Of a stretch of DNA of 64,000 nt, positions 45,081 through 55,144 are shown piece after piece; the first letter of the stretch is position 1; the number at the start of each line of letters is the position of its first letter. Source of the DNA: Homoserinimonas sp. (GTDB lineage: Bacteria > Actinomycetota > Actinomycetes > Actinomycetales > Microbacteriaceae); the NCBI GenBank assembly GCA_040904805.1, contig JBBDSS010000004.1:2481-66480 (forward strand), in the 5' to 3' direction. The notes below the pieces were generated by a model. It saw nothing but the letters and a program-made list of their open reading frames with translations, had not been told where the DNA came from and searched no databases. A program made the position numbers and the translations under genes.

Positions 45081-45371
45081 ATGCCCTCGTACCGCGTGAC
45101 CATGACTGTCGGAATGCTCCGGGCCGGCGTCGCCCCCGACCGGGTGCTGCCGGCAGCGGCGGATGCGGCGCGAGAGCTGACGACGGTGGAGGCGGCCGAT
45201 CTCGGCATCGCGGCCGGGGCGCCGCGGGTGACCATCCGGTATACGGCGGATGACGCCGAACTCGCCCGGCAGCTCGGGGAGCACATTGCGGCGGCGACGA
45301 GCCGGTCGGCCGAGGTGCTGGTGTGGAAGGTGACCGAGCGGGTCAAGGGGCGCTGGTACGTGGTGCGGTGA
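45081..45371 (+). CDS. hypothetical protein
   Basis: 96-aa ORF with GC-biased third positions. No family recognised. Confidence 0.45.
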   Translation: MPSYRVTMTVGMLRAGVAPDRVLPAAADAARELTTVEAADLGIAAGAPRVTIRYTADDAELARQLGEHIAAATSRSAEVLVWKVTERVKGRWYVVR

Positions 45372-45518
45372 GTGTGCGGGTCGTGTTTGCCGAAGCCCCG
45401 CCGAGCGAGTTGTCTTCTCCTGCACAACCCCGCCTCTTATCTTTGTCCACGGCAAATCTGTGGAGAACAAGTACTCACATTTCGTCGAATAGACCTTCGA
45501 ATGTGGGAGAATTGGGGC

Positions 45519-47024
45519 ATGTCCCAGTTCACCGAATCCCTCAGTGTCATCGCAGCAGCCGCAGCCGCGCTGCCGCGGGATTCGGCGACTCTGGCCACTC
45601 TGCCTGAAGAAGAACTGTTGGCAATTCCTGCTTTGTTCGCGGACATCACCCGCCAGCTTGAGCCGTCCATGGCCGCCGCCGCCGGCGAGATCGCCCGCCG
45701 CTCCACCTACGAGTTGGGCTATGCCGGCTTGGCGCAGAAGACCGGGTTCCGCACCCCGGAGAAGCTCGTCCAACATCTGACCGGGTCCACCACTCGGGAG
45801 GCGTCGAAGTTGGTGCGCACCGGGGTGATCATCCAGGAGGCGGAGACCCTCACCGAGGCCGAACGCACCGGGGAAGTGTCGCCGGAGCTGACCAAACCGT
45901 GGCTGGCACCAGTGGGTCGGGCGGTCACCGCCGGTACTCTCTCGATCGAGGCGGCTGAAGCCATTCGGTTGGGTTTGGGTGCCCCGACCGAAGAGATTTC
46001 GGCCGACATTCTCGCTCAGGCGGCGGCCCAGCTGGTGGACATTGCCGATTCCCGTGGTGAAAATCCGTTGAACGCCGACCAGCTCCTGGATCGGGCCCGT
46101 GCGTTACGGGATGAATTGGATGAGACCGGTATTGCCGACCGCGAGAAGGCTCGTCACAACGCCCGCTCGTTCAAACGGTACCGCCGCTCAGATGGGATGA
46201 CCGTCTACACCCTTACCGCCGACCCGGAGAACTCCGCCTTTGTCGATGGCATTTACGATTCGCTGACCTCCCCGCGCCGCGGAGGCCCCCGCATGGTCGA
46301 TTTGGCCGATAAGTCCCGGGCGGAGGCGATTGAGACCGATCCGCGCAGCACCGAACAGTTGTCCTTCGACGGGGTGATGGCAATTCTGCGGATTGGCGCC
46401 GATACCGACGCGAAGACCGCCGCCCGATCCGTGCTCGGCGCCCGCCGACCAGCCGTCCGGGTCCTGGTCACCGGCACCGCACTCGACACCCGCACCGGGC
46501 ACGGGCGCATCGAGGGTCAAGCCGGCCCGGTGTCGATCGAAACCATCGAACGGATCGTCTGCGAAACCGGCACCATCCCGGTCACCTTCGACCGGGACGG
46601 CCAATGCGTCGACCTGGGCCGGGAGCAACGCCTCTACAGCACCCTGCAACGCGTCGGCCTCGCTGCACGGGACGGCGGCTGCCGGTGGCCGAGCTGTGAC
46701 CGACCCGCTTCCTGGTCGGAAGCCCATCACATCAACCAATGGGCCAGAGACCACGGCAAAACCGATCTCGCCGACGGCATCCTCTTGTGCCGACATCACC
46801 ACATGCTCCTGCACAACAACCATTGGGACGTCACCCGCGACGGCGGTACCTACTGGCTCCACCCACCCGCCAGTGTGGACCCCGCACGGACCCCACGCCT
46901 CATGCCCCACAAATCCTCGGCCCTCGGAGACCTCCAACGGGAACGACGACCGCGGGAACGACGACCGCGGGAACGACGACCGCGGGAGCAACGACCGCGG
47001 GGGCAGCACCAGGCGACCGGGTAG
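45519..47024 (+). CDS. DUF222 / HNH endonuclease (REP13E12-like element protein)
   Basis: 501 aa from ATG 45519, with an alternative at 45501. HNH motif CRWPSCDRPASWSEAHHINQW...LCRHHHMLLH. The N-terminal region is DUF222-like. Confidence 0.8.
   Translation: MSQFTESLSVIAAAAAALPRDSATLATLPEEELLAIPALFADITRQLEPSMAAAAGEIARRSTYELGYAGLAQKTGFRTPEKLVQHLTGSTTREASKLVRTGVIIQEAETLTEAERTGEVSPELTKPWLAPVGRAVTAGTLSIEAAEAIRLGLGAPTEEISADILAQAAAQLVDIADSRGENPLNADQLLDRARALRDELDETGIADREKARHNARSFKRYRRSDGMTVYTLTADPENSAFVDGIYDSLTSPRRGGPRMVDLADKSRAEAIETDPRSTEQLSFDGVMAILRIGADTDAKTAARSVLGARRPAVRVLVTGTALDTRTGHGRIEGQAGPVSIETIERIVCETGTIPVTFDRDGQCVDLGREQRLYSTLQRVGLAARDGGCRWPSCDRPASWSEAHHINQWARDHGKTDLADGILLCRHHHMLLHNNHWDVTRDGGTYWLHPPASVDPARTPRLMPHKSSALGDLQRERRPRERRPRERRPREQRPRGQHQATG
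46939..46998 (+). repeat. 15-nt in-frame tandem repeat (GGGAACGACGACCGC x3 plus one variant) encoding (RERRP)n
   Basis: Copies at 46939-53, 46954-68 and 46969-83, with variant GGGAGCAACGACCGC at 46984-98. It lies in the C-terminal tail of the DUF222-HNH ORF. Confidence 0.9.
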
Positions 47025-47093
47025 AGTTCTGCCCTGCAGGCGAACGAATAGTTCAAGGGAACTCGGGCAGGCGTAGCACATCGAGGCCGGAGA

Positions 47094-48491
47094 TTATCCC
47101 AGCAACGGCGGACGCCCGAACGGCGCGGCCGCCTCGTAGGCGGCACCGGCGCGCAGCACCAGGGCGTCGGCGTGACGCGGCCCGACAAACTGCAGGCCGA
47201 TCGGCAGCCCGGCATCCGTCAGACCGCACGGTACCGAGAGACCGGGTTGCTGGGTCAGGTTGAACGGGTAGCTGAACGGCGTCCACTCCGCCCACCGCGT
47301 CAGGCCGGACCCGGGCGGCACCTCGACGCCGATCTCGAACGCCGGAATCGGGATGGTCGGGGTGACCAGCAGGTCGTACTGCTCGTGGAACGCCCCCATC
47401 CGAAGGCCCAGGTCGGCACGCACCTGGTTGGCGTCGAGGAAGTCCAGCGCGGTCATCCGGTGCCCCTGCAGTGAGACCTCGAGCAGGCCAGGGTCGAGCT
47501 CGTTCCAGCGCTCTTCCGGGTAACCCATGATGACCTTGCCCGCACCCGAGAACCACAGCGTGTGGTACGCCTCGATCGGGTCGCTGAAGCCCGGATCCAC
47601 CTCTTCGACGATGGCACCCAGATCGATCAGGACCTGCACGGCGGCGTCAACGGATGCCGCGACTTCCGGGTCCACGTCCACGTAGCCGAAGTCGCGGCTG
47701 TAGCCGATGCGCAGGCCGGCGATACCGTCGTGCAGGCCGGACGAGAACGAGGTGCGCGGCTGCGGCAGCGCCGACCAGTCGCGGGAGTCGAAGCCGGTGA
47801 GCACGTCCATCATCAGCGCGGCATCGCCGACGGTGCGGGTCATCGGCCCGGCGTGGGCGAGCGTGCCGAACGGGCTGGTCGGGTACAGCGGGATGGCGCC
47901 GTAGGTCGGCTTCAGGCCGACGATTCCGCTGAAGGAAGCCGGGATGCGAACCGAGCCGCCTCCATCCGTTCCCACCGACAGGGGAGCCATGCCAAGCGCG
48001 ACCGCCGCGGCCGACCCGCCGCTGGATCCGCCGCTGGTCTTGGACGGGTCCCAGGGGTTGCCGGTGCCGCCGGTGAGCGGATTGTCGGTGACGCCTTTCC
48101 AGCCGAACTCGGGGCTGGTCGTCTTGCCGACGAGGACGGCCCCGGCCCCGCGCAGTCTCGCGACCGAGGGGGCGTCCTCGGTCCATTCCTGGTCCGGTGA
48201 GATCAGCTTCGACCCGCGCAGGGTGGGCCAGCCTTCGGTCAGCAGGAGGTCCTTGATGCTGGTCGGCACCCCGTCGAGGAGCCCGGCCGGCGTCCCGGCC
48301 AGCCAGCGGGCTTCGGATGCGCGTGCCTGCCCCAGGGCGGACTCCTCATCGACCAGGCAGTAGGCGTTCACCTGGTCGTCGAGTTGCGCGATGCGCAGCA
48401 ACGCCGCCTCTGTCGCCTGGACCGGAGACAGTGACTTGTCGCGGTAGGCGGTGAGTAGTTCGGTGGCGGTGAGGTCGGCGAGTTGGTCCAT
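47094..48491 (-). CDS. amidase-signature family amidase
   Basis: 465 aa from ATG 48491. Signature GGSSGGSAAAVALGM. Confidence 0.85.
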   Translation of the reverse strand: MDQLADLTATELLTAYRDKSLSPVQATEAALLRIAQLDDQVNAYCLVDEESALGQARASEARWLAGTPAGLLDGVPTSIKDLLLTEGWPTLRGSKLISPDQEWTEDAPSVARLRGAGAVLVGKTTSPEFGWKGVTDNPLTGGTGNPWDPSKTSGGSSGGSAAAVALGMAPLSVGTDGGGSVRIPASFSGIVGLKPTYGAIPLYPTSPFGTLAHAGPMTRTVGDAALMMDVLTGFDSRDWSALPQPRTSFSSGLHDGIAGLRIGYSRDFGYVDVDPEVAASVDAAVQVLIDLGAIVEEVDPGFSDPIEAYHTLWFSGAGKVIMGYPEERWNELDPGLLEVSLQGHRMTALDFLDANQVRADLGLRMGAFHEQYDLLVTPTIPIPAFEIGVEVPPGSGLTRWAEWTPFSYPFNLTQQPGLSVPCGLTDAGLPIGLQFVGPRHADALVLRAGAAYEAAAPFGRPPLLG

Positions 48492-48518
48492 TGGCACAGT
48501 TTGGATGGCCGGGAATCT

Positions 48519-48531
48519 GATTGTCAACAAT
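48519..48531 (-). promoter_or_regulatory. 13-nt motif ATTGTTGACAATC, site 1 (candidate GntR operator)
   Basis: Exact 13-mer on the minus strand, about 28 nt upstream of the amidase ATG. Confidence 0.5.
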
Positions 48532-48570
48532 GCGCTTGGCTTCCTCCTCCGCGGACCCCTAGAATGTATT

Positions 48571-48583
48571 ATTGTTGACAATC
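48571..48583 (+). promoter_or_regulatory. 13-nt motif ATTGTTGACAATC, site 2 (candidate GntR operator)
   Basis: Exact 13-mer, 30 nt upstream of ATG 48613. -10-like TAGAAT at 48560-48565 lies just upstream. Confidence 0.5.
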
Positions 48584-48612
48584 TGCAACTTCCGTACTGA
48601 GGACACCAAGAG

Positions 48613-49869
48613 ATGACATCGCTGAGCCCACTCCTGAAGCAAGCAACTCCCGTCGTTGTCGAGCGCGCGCTCGGTAGCTGGATCTACGGCACTGACGGCG
48701 AGAAGTACTTGGACTTCACCACGGGGATCGGCGTCACCAGCACCGGGCACTGCCACCCGCGGGTTGTCGAGGCCGCGCGTGAGCAGGCCGGCGTCATCAT
48801 CCACGCGCAGTACACGACGGTCATGCACAAACCGCTGATGGCACTGACCGAGAAGCTGGGCGAGGTGCTGCCGAGCGGGCTCGACAGCGTGTTCTACGCC
48901 AACTCCGGGTCAGAAGCGGTCGAGGCATCCATCCGGCTGGCCCGTATGGCCACCGGCCGCCCCAACATCATCGCCTTCCACGGCGGGTTTCACGGTCGCA
49001 CCGTCGCCGCAGCATCCCTGACCACCGCAGGAACCAAGTTCCGCTCCGGCTTCAGCCCGATCATGGGCGGCGTGCACATTGCGCCGTTCCCGAACGCGTT
49101 CCGCTACGGCTGGAGCCTCGACACGGCCATCGACTTCGCCCTGCGCGAGCTCGACTTCCTGCTGCAGACCGTCTCGTCGCCGGCCGACACCGCCGGCTTC
49201 ATCATCGAGCCGGTGCTCGGCGACGGCGGCTACCTGCCCACCCCGCCGCGCTTCCTGGAAGGCGTGCGCGAGCGTGCTGACAGGCACGGCATCGTGCTCA
49301 TCCTCGACGAGGTGCAGGCCGGCGTCGGCCGCACCGGCAAGTTCTGGGGCCACAACCACAGCACGGTGACACCGGATGTCCTCATCACCGCCAAGGGACT
49401 GGCCAGCGGTTTCCCGATTTCGGCCATCGCGGCATCCGCCGAGCTGATGAGCAAGGCATGGCCGGGCTCGCAGGGCGGAACCTACGGGGGAAATGCGGTT
49501 GCTGCTGCTGCCGCGGTCGCCACCCTTGATGTGGTGCGTGACGAGAACCTCGTCGAGAACGCCCGAGTTCGCGGCGACGAGTTGCAGGCCGGAATCAAGG
49601 CGCTCCAGGCCGACAATCCGCTCATGGGTGACGTGCGTGGGCTCGGCCTGATGCAGGCCGTCGAGTTCGTCACCGAGAGCGGGGAGCCGAACGCGGACCT
49701 CGCTGCTGCCGTACAGCAGGCCGCGATCGCCGAGAACCTGCTGCTGCTCACCTGCGGTCCTGCCGGCAACGTGGTGCGGGTCATCCCGGCCCTGACCGTC
49801 TCTGCCGAGGAGATCATCACCGGGATCGACCGCTTCGGTGCTGCGCTGCGCGCGGCGCGGGGCGCGTAG
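48613..49869 (+). CDS. class III PLP aminotransferase (GabT / diaminobutyrate transaminase-like)
   Basis: 418 aa. Motifs ANSGSEAVE, DEVQAGVGRTGKFWG and TAKGLASG. Confidence 0.9.
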   Translation: MTSLSPLLKQATPVVVERALGSWIYGTDGEKYLDFTTGIGVTSTGHCHPRVVEAAREQAGVIIHAQYTTVMHKPLMALTEKLGEVLPSGLDSVFYANSGSEAVEASIRLARMATGRPNIIAFHGGFHGRTVAAASLTTAGTKFRSGFSPIMGGVHIAPFPNAFRYGWSLDTAIDFALRELDFLLQTVSSPADTAGFIIEPVLGDGGYLPTPPRFLEGVRERADRHGIVLILDEVQAGVGRTGKFWGHNHSTVTPDVLITAKGLASGFPISAIAASAELMSKAWPGSQGGTYGGNAVAAAAAVATLDVVRDENLVENARVRGDELQAGIKALQADNPLMGDVRGLGLMQAVEFVTESGEPNADLAAAVQQAAIAENLLLLTCGPAGNVVRVIPALTVSAEEIITGIDRFGAALRAARGA

Positions 49870-49887
49870 CCGCCCGCACGGGCGGGA

Positions 49888-52866
49888 GTGGTGCCAGCTA
49901 TGACGATGACAGCTACTGAACCGACGACGGCGGCACCCGTTGCCGCCCTCCGGGAGCGCGGCGTCGCCCTCGACACCGACTCGCGTCGCCTCGCCGAGTA
50001 CTCCTACGACGCATCCAACTACCGCATCCGCCCGCTCGGGGTTGTCTTTCCCCGCACCGCCGAGGAGGTGGCCGCCACCCTGGCCGTCTGCTTCGAGCAT
50101 CGTGTGCCGGTGATCGGCCGTGGCGGAGGAACCTCGATGGCCGGCGGCGCTGTCGGTCCGGGCGTCGTGATCGACTTCTCCCGGTTCATGAACGCGGTGC
50201 TGCACATCGACGCCGAGGCGAAACAGGCGACGGCCGAAGCAGGGATCGTGCTCACCACCCTGCAGCGGGAGGTGCTGAACGCGACCGGCGGCACCCTCAC
50301 CTTCGCCCCCGACCCGTCGAGCAAGACCCGGGCGACGCTCGGCGGCTCGATCGCGAACGATGCCTGCGGCAATCACTCGGTGAGCTACGGTCGCACCTCC
50401 GACCACGTCATCGCGCTGAACCTGGTCACCGCCGATGGTCTGCAGCTGACCGCGACCCGCACCGGGCTCCACGCCACCATCGAGGGCGACCCCGCAGCCG
50501 CCGCCCGTGCCGAGAAGTTGACCGAGGAATTGAGGGTTCTCGCCGCAGCCAATCTCAGCATGTTCCGCCTCGAACTGGAGCGCATCCCGCGCCAGGTGTC
50601 CGGCTTCCACCTCGCACAACTGCTCCCGGAACACGGCTTCGATGTCGCCCGCGCCCTGGTCGGCAGCGAGGGAACCTGCGCCATCGTCGTCAGCGCCACG
50701 GTTCAGCTGGTCCCTGTCGCCCCGGCCGCCCTGCTGGTCACCCTCGGCTACGACGATGTGGTGGAGGCGGCCCAGGACGTCATGACCATCCTCGAGTTCA
50801 CCCCGGCCGCGATCGAGGGGATCGACGAGGCGATCGTAGACACCATGCGCCACCTGCGCGGCCATGATTCGGTGCGCGGGCTCCCCGAGGGAAAGGCCTG
50901 GCTCTACGTCGACCTCGACGGCGACGACCCTGCCGAGGTCGCCGCGAAGGCCGAAGAGCTCCTCGCCCGGCTGCGCCAGAACGGCAGGCTCATCGCCGGA
51001 CGCGCCGTTCCCAACATCACCGACCGCGCTTCGCTGTGGCGGGTGCGCGAGGACGGCGCCGGGCTGTCCGCCCGGCTGCACACCGGCGGAGAGTCCTGGC
51101 CCGGCTGGGAAGACTCGGCTGTCGCGCCAGAGAACCTCGCCGACTACCTCTCCGAATTCCGCGTGCTGTTGAGCCGGTTCGGGCTCGAAGGCGTGATGTA
51201 CGGGCACTTCGGTGCCGGCTGCATGCACGTGCGCATCACCTTCGACCTGAGAACGGATGACGGCCGCCGGGTGATGGAGGCGTTCATGCGCGAAGCCGCC
51301 ACCCTGGTCGTGAAGCACGGCGGCTCCCTCTCCGGGGAGCACGGCGACGGCCGGGCCCGCAGCGAACTGCTCCCGATCATGTACTCGGCCCAGATGCTGG
51401 ACGCCTTCGACGCGTTCAAGCGCGCCTGGGACCCGTCCGGCATCCTGAACCCGGGCATCCTGGTCGCCCCTGACAGCCTGGGTGAAAACCTCGCCCTGGC
51501 CGGAGTGCCGGAGAGGCAGTGGCGCACCAGCTTCGACCTCGCTCCGCGCACCCCATCGCCGACGCAGCACGCCGGCGACGACTTCGTGCACGCCGTGCAG
51601 GGCTGTGTCGGCATTGGCCGCTGCCGTACCGATGTCGGTGGCGTGATGTGCCCGAGTTACCGGGCAACCGGCGACGAAAAGGACTCCACCCGGGGGCGCG
51701 CGCGGGTGCTGCAGGAGATGGTCCGCGGAGCCAAGACCATCGACGAGGGGTGGAAGAGCGACGACGTGCGCGAGGTGCTCGACCTCTGCCTGTCGTGTAA
51801 GGCCTGCTCAACCGACTGCCCGGTCGGCGTCGACATGGCCACCTATAAGAGCGAGTTCTACGACCACTACTACCAGGGCCGCCTGCGCCCGCTCTCGCAC
51901 TACTCGCTCGGCTGGCTGCCGATCTGGCTGAAACTCACCGTGCGGGTCGCCCCGCTGCTCAACCTGGTGCTGCAGTCCCCGCTCGGCAAGGTCGTCGCCT
52001 TCCTCGGCGGCCTCACCACCAGGCGCACGCTTCCCCGGTTCGCCAGCGCGAAGCAGTTGCGGCGCGAGCTGGCGAAGAACGGCAAACCGGCCGCCAACGG
52101 GACCGGCGACATCGTCCTGGTCATCGACAGCTTCACCAAGGGCTTCCGGCCGGAGGTGGCCGGCGCTGCGCAGCGCGTGTTGAACACCACCGGGAACACC
52201 ATCGAGTGCAACGCCGAGGTCTGCTGCGGCCTCACCATGATCTCCACCGGGCAGCTCGGCAAGGCGAAGAGGACGCTGGCCCGCGCCGCCGAGAACCTGG
52301 ACGACGGCACCGACCGACCGATCGTGGTGATCGAGCCGAGCTGTGCCGCCGCCTTCAGGAAGGACCTGCCGGAGCTGATCCACACCGATGCCGCCCGCCG
52401 GGTCTCGGCGCGCATCCGCAGCTTCGCCGGCATGGTGAAGGAGCTGGCGGATGACGGCTGGCAACCGGAGTGGCCGAACGGCGCCCCGGCCGAAGTGACG
52501 GTGCAGACCCATTGCCACGAGTATTCGGTCTTCGGCGCGAAAGCCCAGAGCGCTGCCCTCCACGCGGTCGGGGTGTCGCAGATTCGGGAGGCGACCGGAT
52601 GCTGTGGTGTCGCCGGGAACTTCGGGTTCGAGCCCAGCCACTACGACGTCAGCATGCAGGTGGCCGAACAGGCGCTGATCCCCGCCCTCAAGAAGACTCC
52701 AGCCGACACCCCGGTGCTCGCCGACGGCTTCAGCTGCCAGATGCAGCTCATGCAGGTCGACCCCCACCGCACCGGACTGCACATCGCCGAACTCCTCGAC
52801 CCCGCCAAGCCAGCCCAGACCATCCAGCCCAGCCCCGCCAGCCCCGCAACTAAGGAACAACTATGA
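49888..52866 (+). CDS. FAD-linked oxidase fused to Fe-S/CCG-domain oxidoreductase (YdiJ/GlcD-GlcF-like)
   Basis: 992 aa. FAD-binding RGGGTSMAGGAVG. 4Fe-4S motif CLSCKACSTDCPVGVD. C-terminal Cys-rich CCG-like repeats. Confidence 0.85.
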   Translation: MVPAMTMTATEPTTAAPVAALRERGVALDTDSRRLAEYSYDASNYRIRPLGVVFPRTAEEVAATLAVCFEHRVPVIGRGGGTSMAGGAVGPGVVIDFSRFMNAVLHIDAEAKQATAEAGIVLTTLQREVLNATGGTLTFAPDPSSKTRATLGGSIANDACGNHSVSYGRTSDHVIALNLVTADGLQLTATRTGLHATIEGDPAAAARAEKLTEELRVLAAANLSMFRLELERIPRQVSGFHLAQLLPEHGFDVARALVGSEGTCAIVVSATVQLVPVAPAALLVTLGYDDVVEAAQDVMTILEFTPAAIEGIDEAIVDTMRHLRGHDSVRGLPEGKAWLYVDLDGDDPAEVAAKAEELLARLRQNGRLIAGRAVPNITDRASLWRVREDGAGLSARLHTGGESWPGWEDSAVAPENLADYLSEFRVLLSRFGLEGVMYGHFGAGCMHVRITFDLRTDDGRRVMEAFMREAATLVVKHGGSLSGEHGDGRARSELLPIMYSAQMLDAFDAFKRAWDPSGILNPGILVAPDSLGENLALAGVPERQWRTSFDLAPRTPSPTQHAGDDFVHAVQGCVGIGRCRTDVGGVMCPSYRATGDEKDSTRGRARVLQEMVRGAKTIDEGWKSDDVREVLDLCLSCKACSTDCPVGVDMATYKSEFYDHYYQGRLRPLSHYSLGWLPIWLKLTVRVAPLLNLVLQSPLGKVVAFLGGLTTRRTLPRFASAKQLRRELAKNGKPAANGTGDIVLVIDSFTKGFRPEVAGAAQRVLNTTGNTIECNAEVCCGLTMISTGQLGKAKRTLARAAENLDDGTDRPIVVIEPSCAAAFRKDLPELIHTDAARRVSARIRSFAGMVKELADDGWQPEWPNGAPAEVTVQTHCHEYSVFGAKAQSAALHAVGVSQIREATGCCGVAGNFGFEPSHYDVSMQVAEQALIPALKKTPADTPVLADGFSCQMQLMQVDPHRTGLHIAELLDPAKPAQTIQPSPASPATKEQL

Positions 52867-54341
52867 CCATCGCTGCACCGATCGTTGACGCACAGACCAT
52901 CATCTCGAAGCTGAAGACCGGCCTCTACCTGAACAACAAGTGGGTGGACGCCGAAGACGGCAAGACCTTCCCGGTCGAGAACCCGGCAACCGGCGAGGTG
53001 CTCGCGCACGTCGCTGACGGGTCGGTGGCGGATGCCGAACGCGCCATTGCTGCCGCCGGCGCCGCCCAGGCCGACTGGGCCAGGACGTCGCCGCGGGAAC
53101 GCAGCGAGATCCTGCGTCGGGCCTACGAGCTGATCATCGAGCGCACCGACGAGCTGGCCGCGATCATGACCGCCGAGATGGGCAAGCCGCTGGCCGAGGC
53201 CAGGGGAGAGGTCGTGTACGGCGCCGAGTTCTTCCGCTGGTTCTCCGAGGAAGCCGTGCGCATCAGCGGCGACTACACCACCACCGGCGACGGCAAGAGC
53301 CGCATCCTGGTCACCCGGGTGCCGGTCGGCCCCTGCGTTCTGGTGACGCCGTGGAATTTCCCGCTCGCGATGGGCACCCGCAAGATCGGACCGGCCGTCG
53401 CGGCCGGCTGCACCATGGTGTTCAAGCCGGCGGCGCAGACCCCGCTCACCTCTCTGGCGCTGGTGGCCATCCTCGAAGAGGCCGGCCTGCCATCCGGTGT
53501 CTTGAACGTGGTGACCACCTCGACGGCGTCCAAGGTCGTCGGCAGCTGGATGAGCAGCGGAATCGCCCGCAAGGTCAGCTTCACCGGCTCCACCGAGGTG
53601 GGCAAGATCCTGCTCACGCAGGCGGCCGAAAACGTCATGCGCTCCTCGATGGAGCTCGGCGGCAACGCCCCGTTCATCGTCTGCGCGGACGCCAACATCG
53701 ATACCGCCGTCGACGGAGCCATGCAGGCGAAACTGCGCAACATGGGGGAGGCCTGCACCGCGGCCAACCGCTTCCTCGTTCACCGTTCGGTCGCGGCCGA
53801 GTTCACCGAGAAGCTGGCGGCGCGGATGGCTGCCCTGACGGTGGGCGACGGTAGCGTCGCCGGCACCGACATCGGGCCGCTGGTCGACCAGGCAGGCCTG
53901 GACAAGGTGCAGTTGTTCGTCGACGACGCCGTGAACCGCGGCGCGACCGTCGTCACCGGCGGAAGCCGACCGGAGGGCGCCGGCTACTTCTACACCCCGA
54001 CCGTGCTCGCCGATGTGAGCCCCGAATCCGAGTTGATGAGCGCCGAGATTTTCGGACCGGTGGCGCCCATCGTGCCGTTTGACGACGAGAATGAGGCCAT
54101 CCGCATCGCCAACGACACCGAGTGGGGTCTGGTCGGATACATTTTCACTCAGGACATCGACCGTGCCCTCCGCCTCGGCGAAGAGCTGGAGGTCGGTATG
54201 GTCGGGTTGAACTCCGGTTTGGTGTCCAACCCGGCAGCACCATTCGGCGGGGTCAAGCAGTCCGGGCTTGGCCGCGAAGGCGGGCGCGTCGGCATCGACG
54301 AGTTCCTGGAATACAAGTACCTGGCAATCCCGCGCCGCTAG
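52863..54341 (+). CDS. NAD(P)-dependent aldehyde dehydrogenase (succinate-/aspartate-semialdehyde dehydrogenase-like)
   Basis: 492 aa. Motifs MELGGNAPFIV and catalytic Cys in GEACTAANRF. Its ATG overlaps the upstream stop (ATGA). Confidence 0.9.
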   Translation: MTIAAPIVDAQTIISKLKTGLYLNNKWVDAEDGKTFPVENPATGEVLAHVADGSVADAERAIAAAGAAQADWARTSPRERSEILRRAYELIIERTDELAAIMTAEMGKPLAEARGEVVYGAEFFRWFSEEAVRISGDYTTTGDGKSRILVTRVPVGPCVLVTPWNFPLAMGTRKIGPAVAAGCTMVFKPAAQTPLTSLALVAILEEAGLPSGVLNVVTTSTASKVVGSWMSSGIARKVSFTGSTEVGKILLTQAAENVMRSSMELGGNAPFIVCADANIDTAVDGAMQAKLRNMGEACTAANRFLVHRSVAAEFTEKLAARMAALTVGDGSVAGTDIGPLVDQAGLDKVQLFVDDAVNRGATVVTGGSRPEGAGYFYTPTVLADVSPESELMSAEIFGPVAPIVPFDDENEAIRIANDTEWGLVGYIFTQDIDRALRLGEELEVGMVGLNSGLVSNPAAPFGGVKQSGLGREGGRVGIDEFLEYKYLAIPRR

Positions 54342-54366
54342 GCCGGGAACACTCAAGGAGAACACT

Positions 54367-55065
54367 ATGGCTGGCGAAGATGGCTTGGCTGCCCTGGAGG
54401 GCAGGCCAACATCCGTACTGATTGCGGACCAATTGCGCGAGCGGATCATCGACGGGTCGTTCCGGCCCGGCGAGCAGATTCGCGAGGCCAGCCTGGTCGA
54501 GAAGCTGCAGGTGTCGCGCGGCCCGGTGCGGGAGGCGCTGCAGAGGCTGAGCCAGGAGGGTCTGCTGGTCAGCCACCGCAACCGCGGCGTCTTCGTGCTC
54601 GACCTGTCGGTGGGCGACGTCGCCGAGATCTACGCGGCGCGCGAGGCCATCGAGCTGGGCGCGGCCGAGGCCATCCTCGAGCTCCCACCGGAGGCCATCG
54701 CGGCGACGGTGAAGTCGCTGTCGAAGATCGTCGGCAAGATGGGTCCACTGGTGGCGGCGAAAGACTGGCGCACCCTGGCCGAACTTGACCTCAGCTTTCA
54801 CGTCGCGTTCGTCGCCAGCGCCAAGAACTCCCGCCTGTCGAAGATCTACTCGACGCTGGCCGCCGAGTCGCGCATCTGCATCGTCAATCTGGAGGGGTCG
54901 TACCCGCACGCCCACGCCCTGGTCGAAGAGCACCAGCAGCTTGTAGCCCTGGTGGCCAGCGGCGACGGCGCACAGCTGAGCGCCGCCATCCGCAAGCATA
55001 TGGAACTCGCCGTACGCGACCTGACGGCTTCCATGGTGGCCTCAGGCCAGTCGCTCCCCGCCTGA
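54367..55065 (+). CDS. GntR-family (FadR/FCD subfamily) transcriptional regulator
   Basis: 232 aa from ATG 54367, 7 nt after AAGGAG. wHTH LVEKLQVSRGPVREALQRLSQEGLL. Helical C-terminal FCD-like domain. Confidence 0.85.
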   Translation: MAGEDGLAALEGRPTSVLIADQLRERIIDGSFRPGEQIREASLVEKLQVSRGPVREALQRLSQEGLLVSHRNRGVFVLDLSVGDVAEIYAAREAIELGAAEAILELPPEAIAATVKSLSKIVGKMGPLVAAKDWRTLAELDLSFHVAFVASAKNSRLSKIYSTLAAESRICIVNLEGSYPHAHALVEEHQQLVALVASGDGAQLSAAIRKHMELAVRDLTASMVASGQSLPA

Positions 55066-55105
55066 GTCGAAACCGCTTGCGGAGCGGCAGCGCACCCGCT
55101 AGCGT

Positions 55106-55118
55106 GATTGTCAACAAT
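55106..55118 (-). promoter_or_regulatory. 13-nt motif ATTGTTGACAATC, site 3 (candidate GntR operator)
   Basis: Exact 13-mer on the minus strand, in the 79-nt gap between the GntR stop and GTG 55145 of the M24 gene. Confidence 0.5.
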
Positions 55119-55144
55119 CTACCAAAGAAGATGGATGTGCCTGC

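Noticed and set aside
48571-48583. Treating the 13-nt motif simply as a shared -35 promoter element rather than an operator
   Set aside because: Only site 4 has a well-spaced -10 (17 nt to TAGGTT). At sites 1-3 no TANNNT hexamer lies 16-18 nt downstream of TTGACA in the direction of the gene. Identical 13-mers with dyad symmetry fit a regulator site better. The promoter-overlap idea is retained as a note only.
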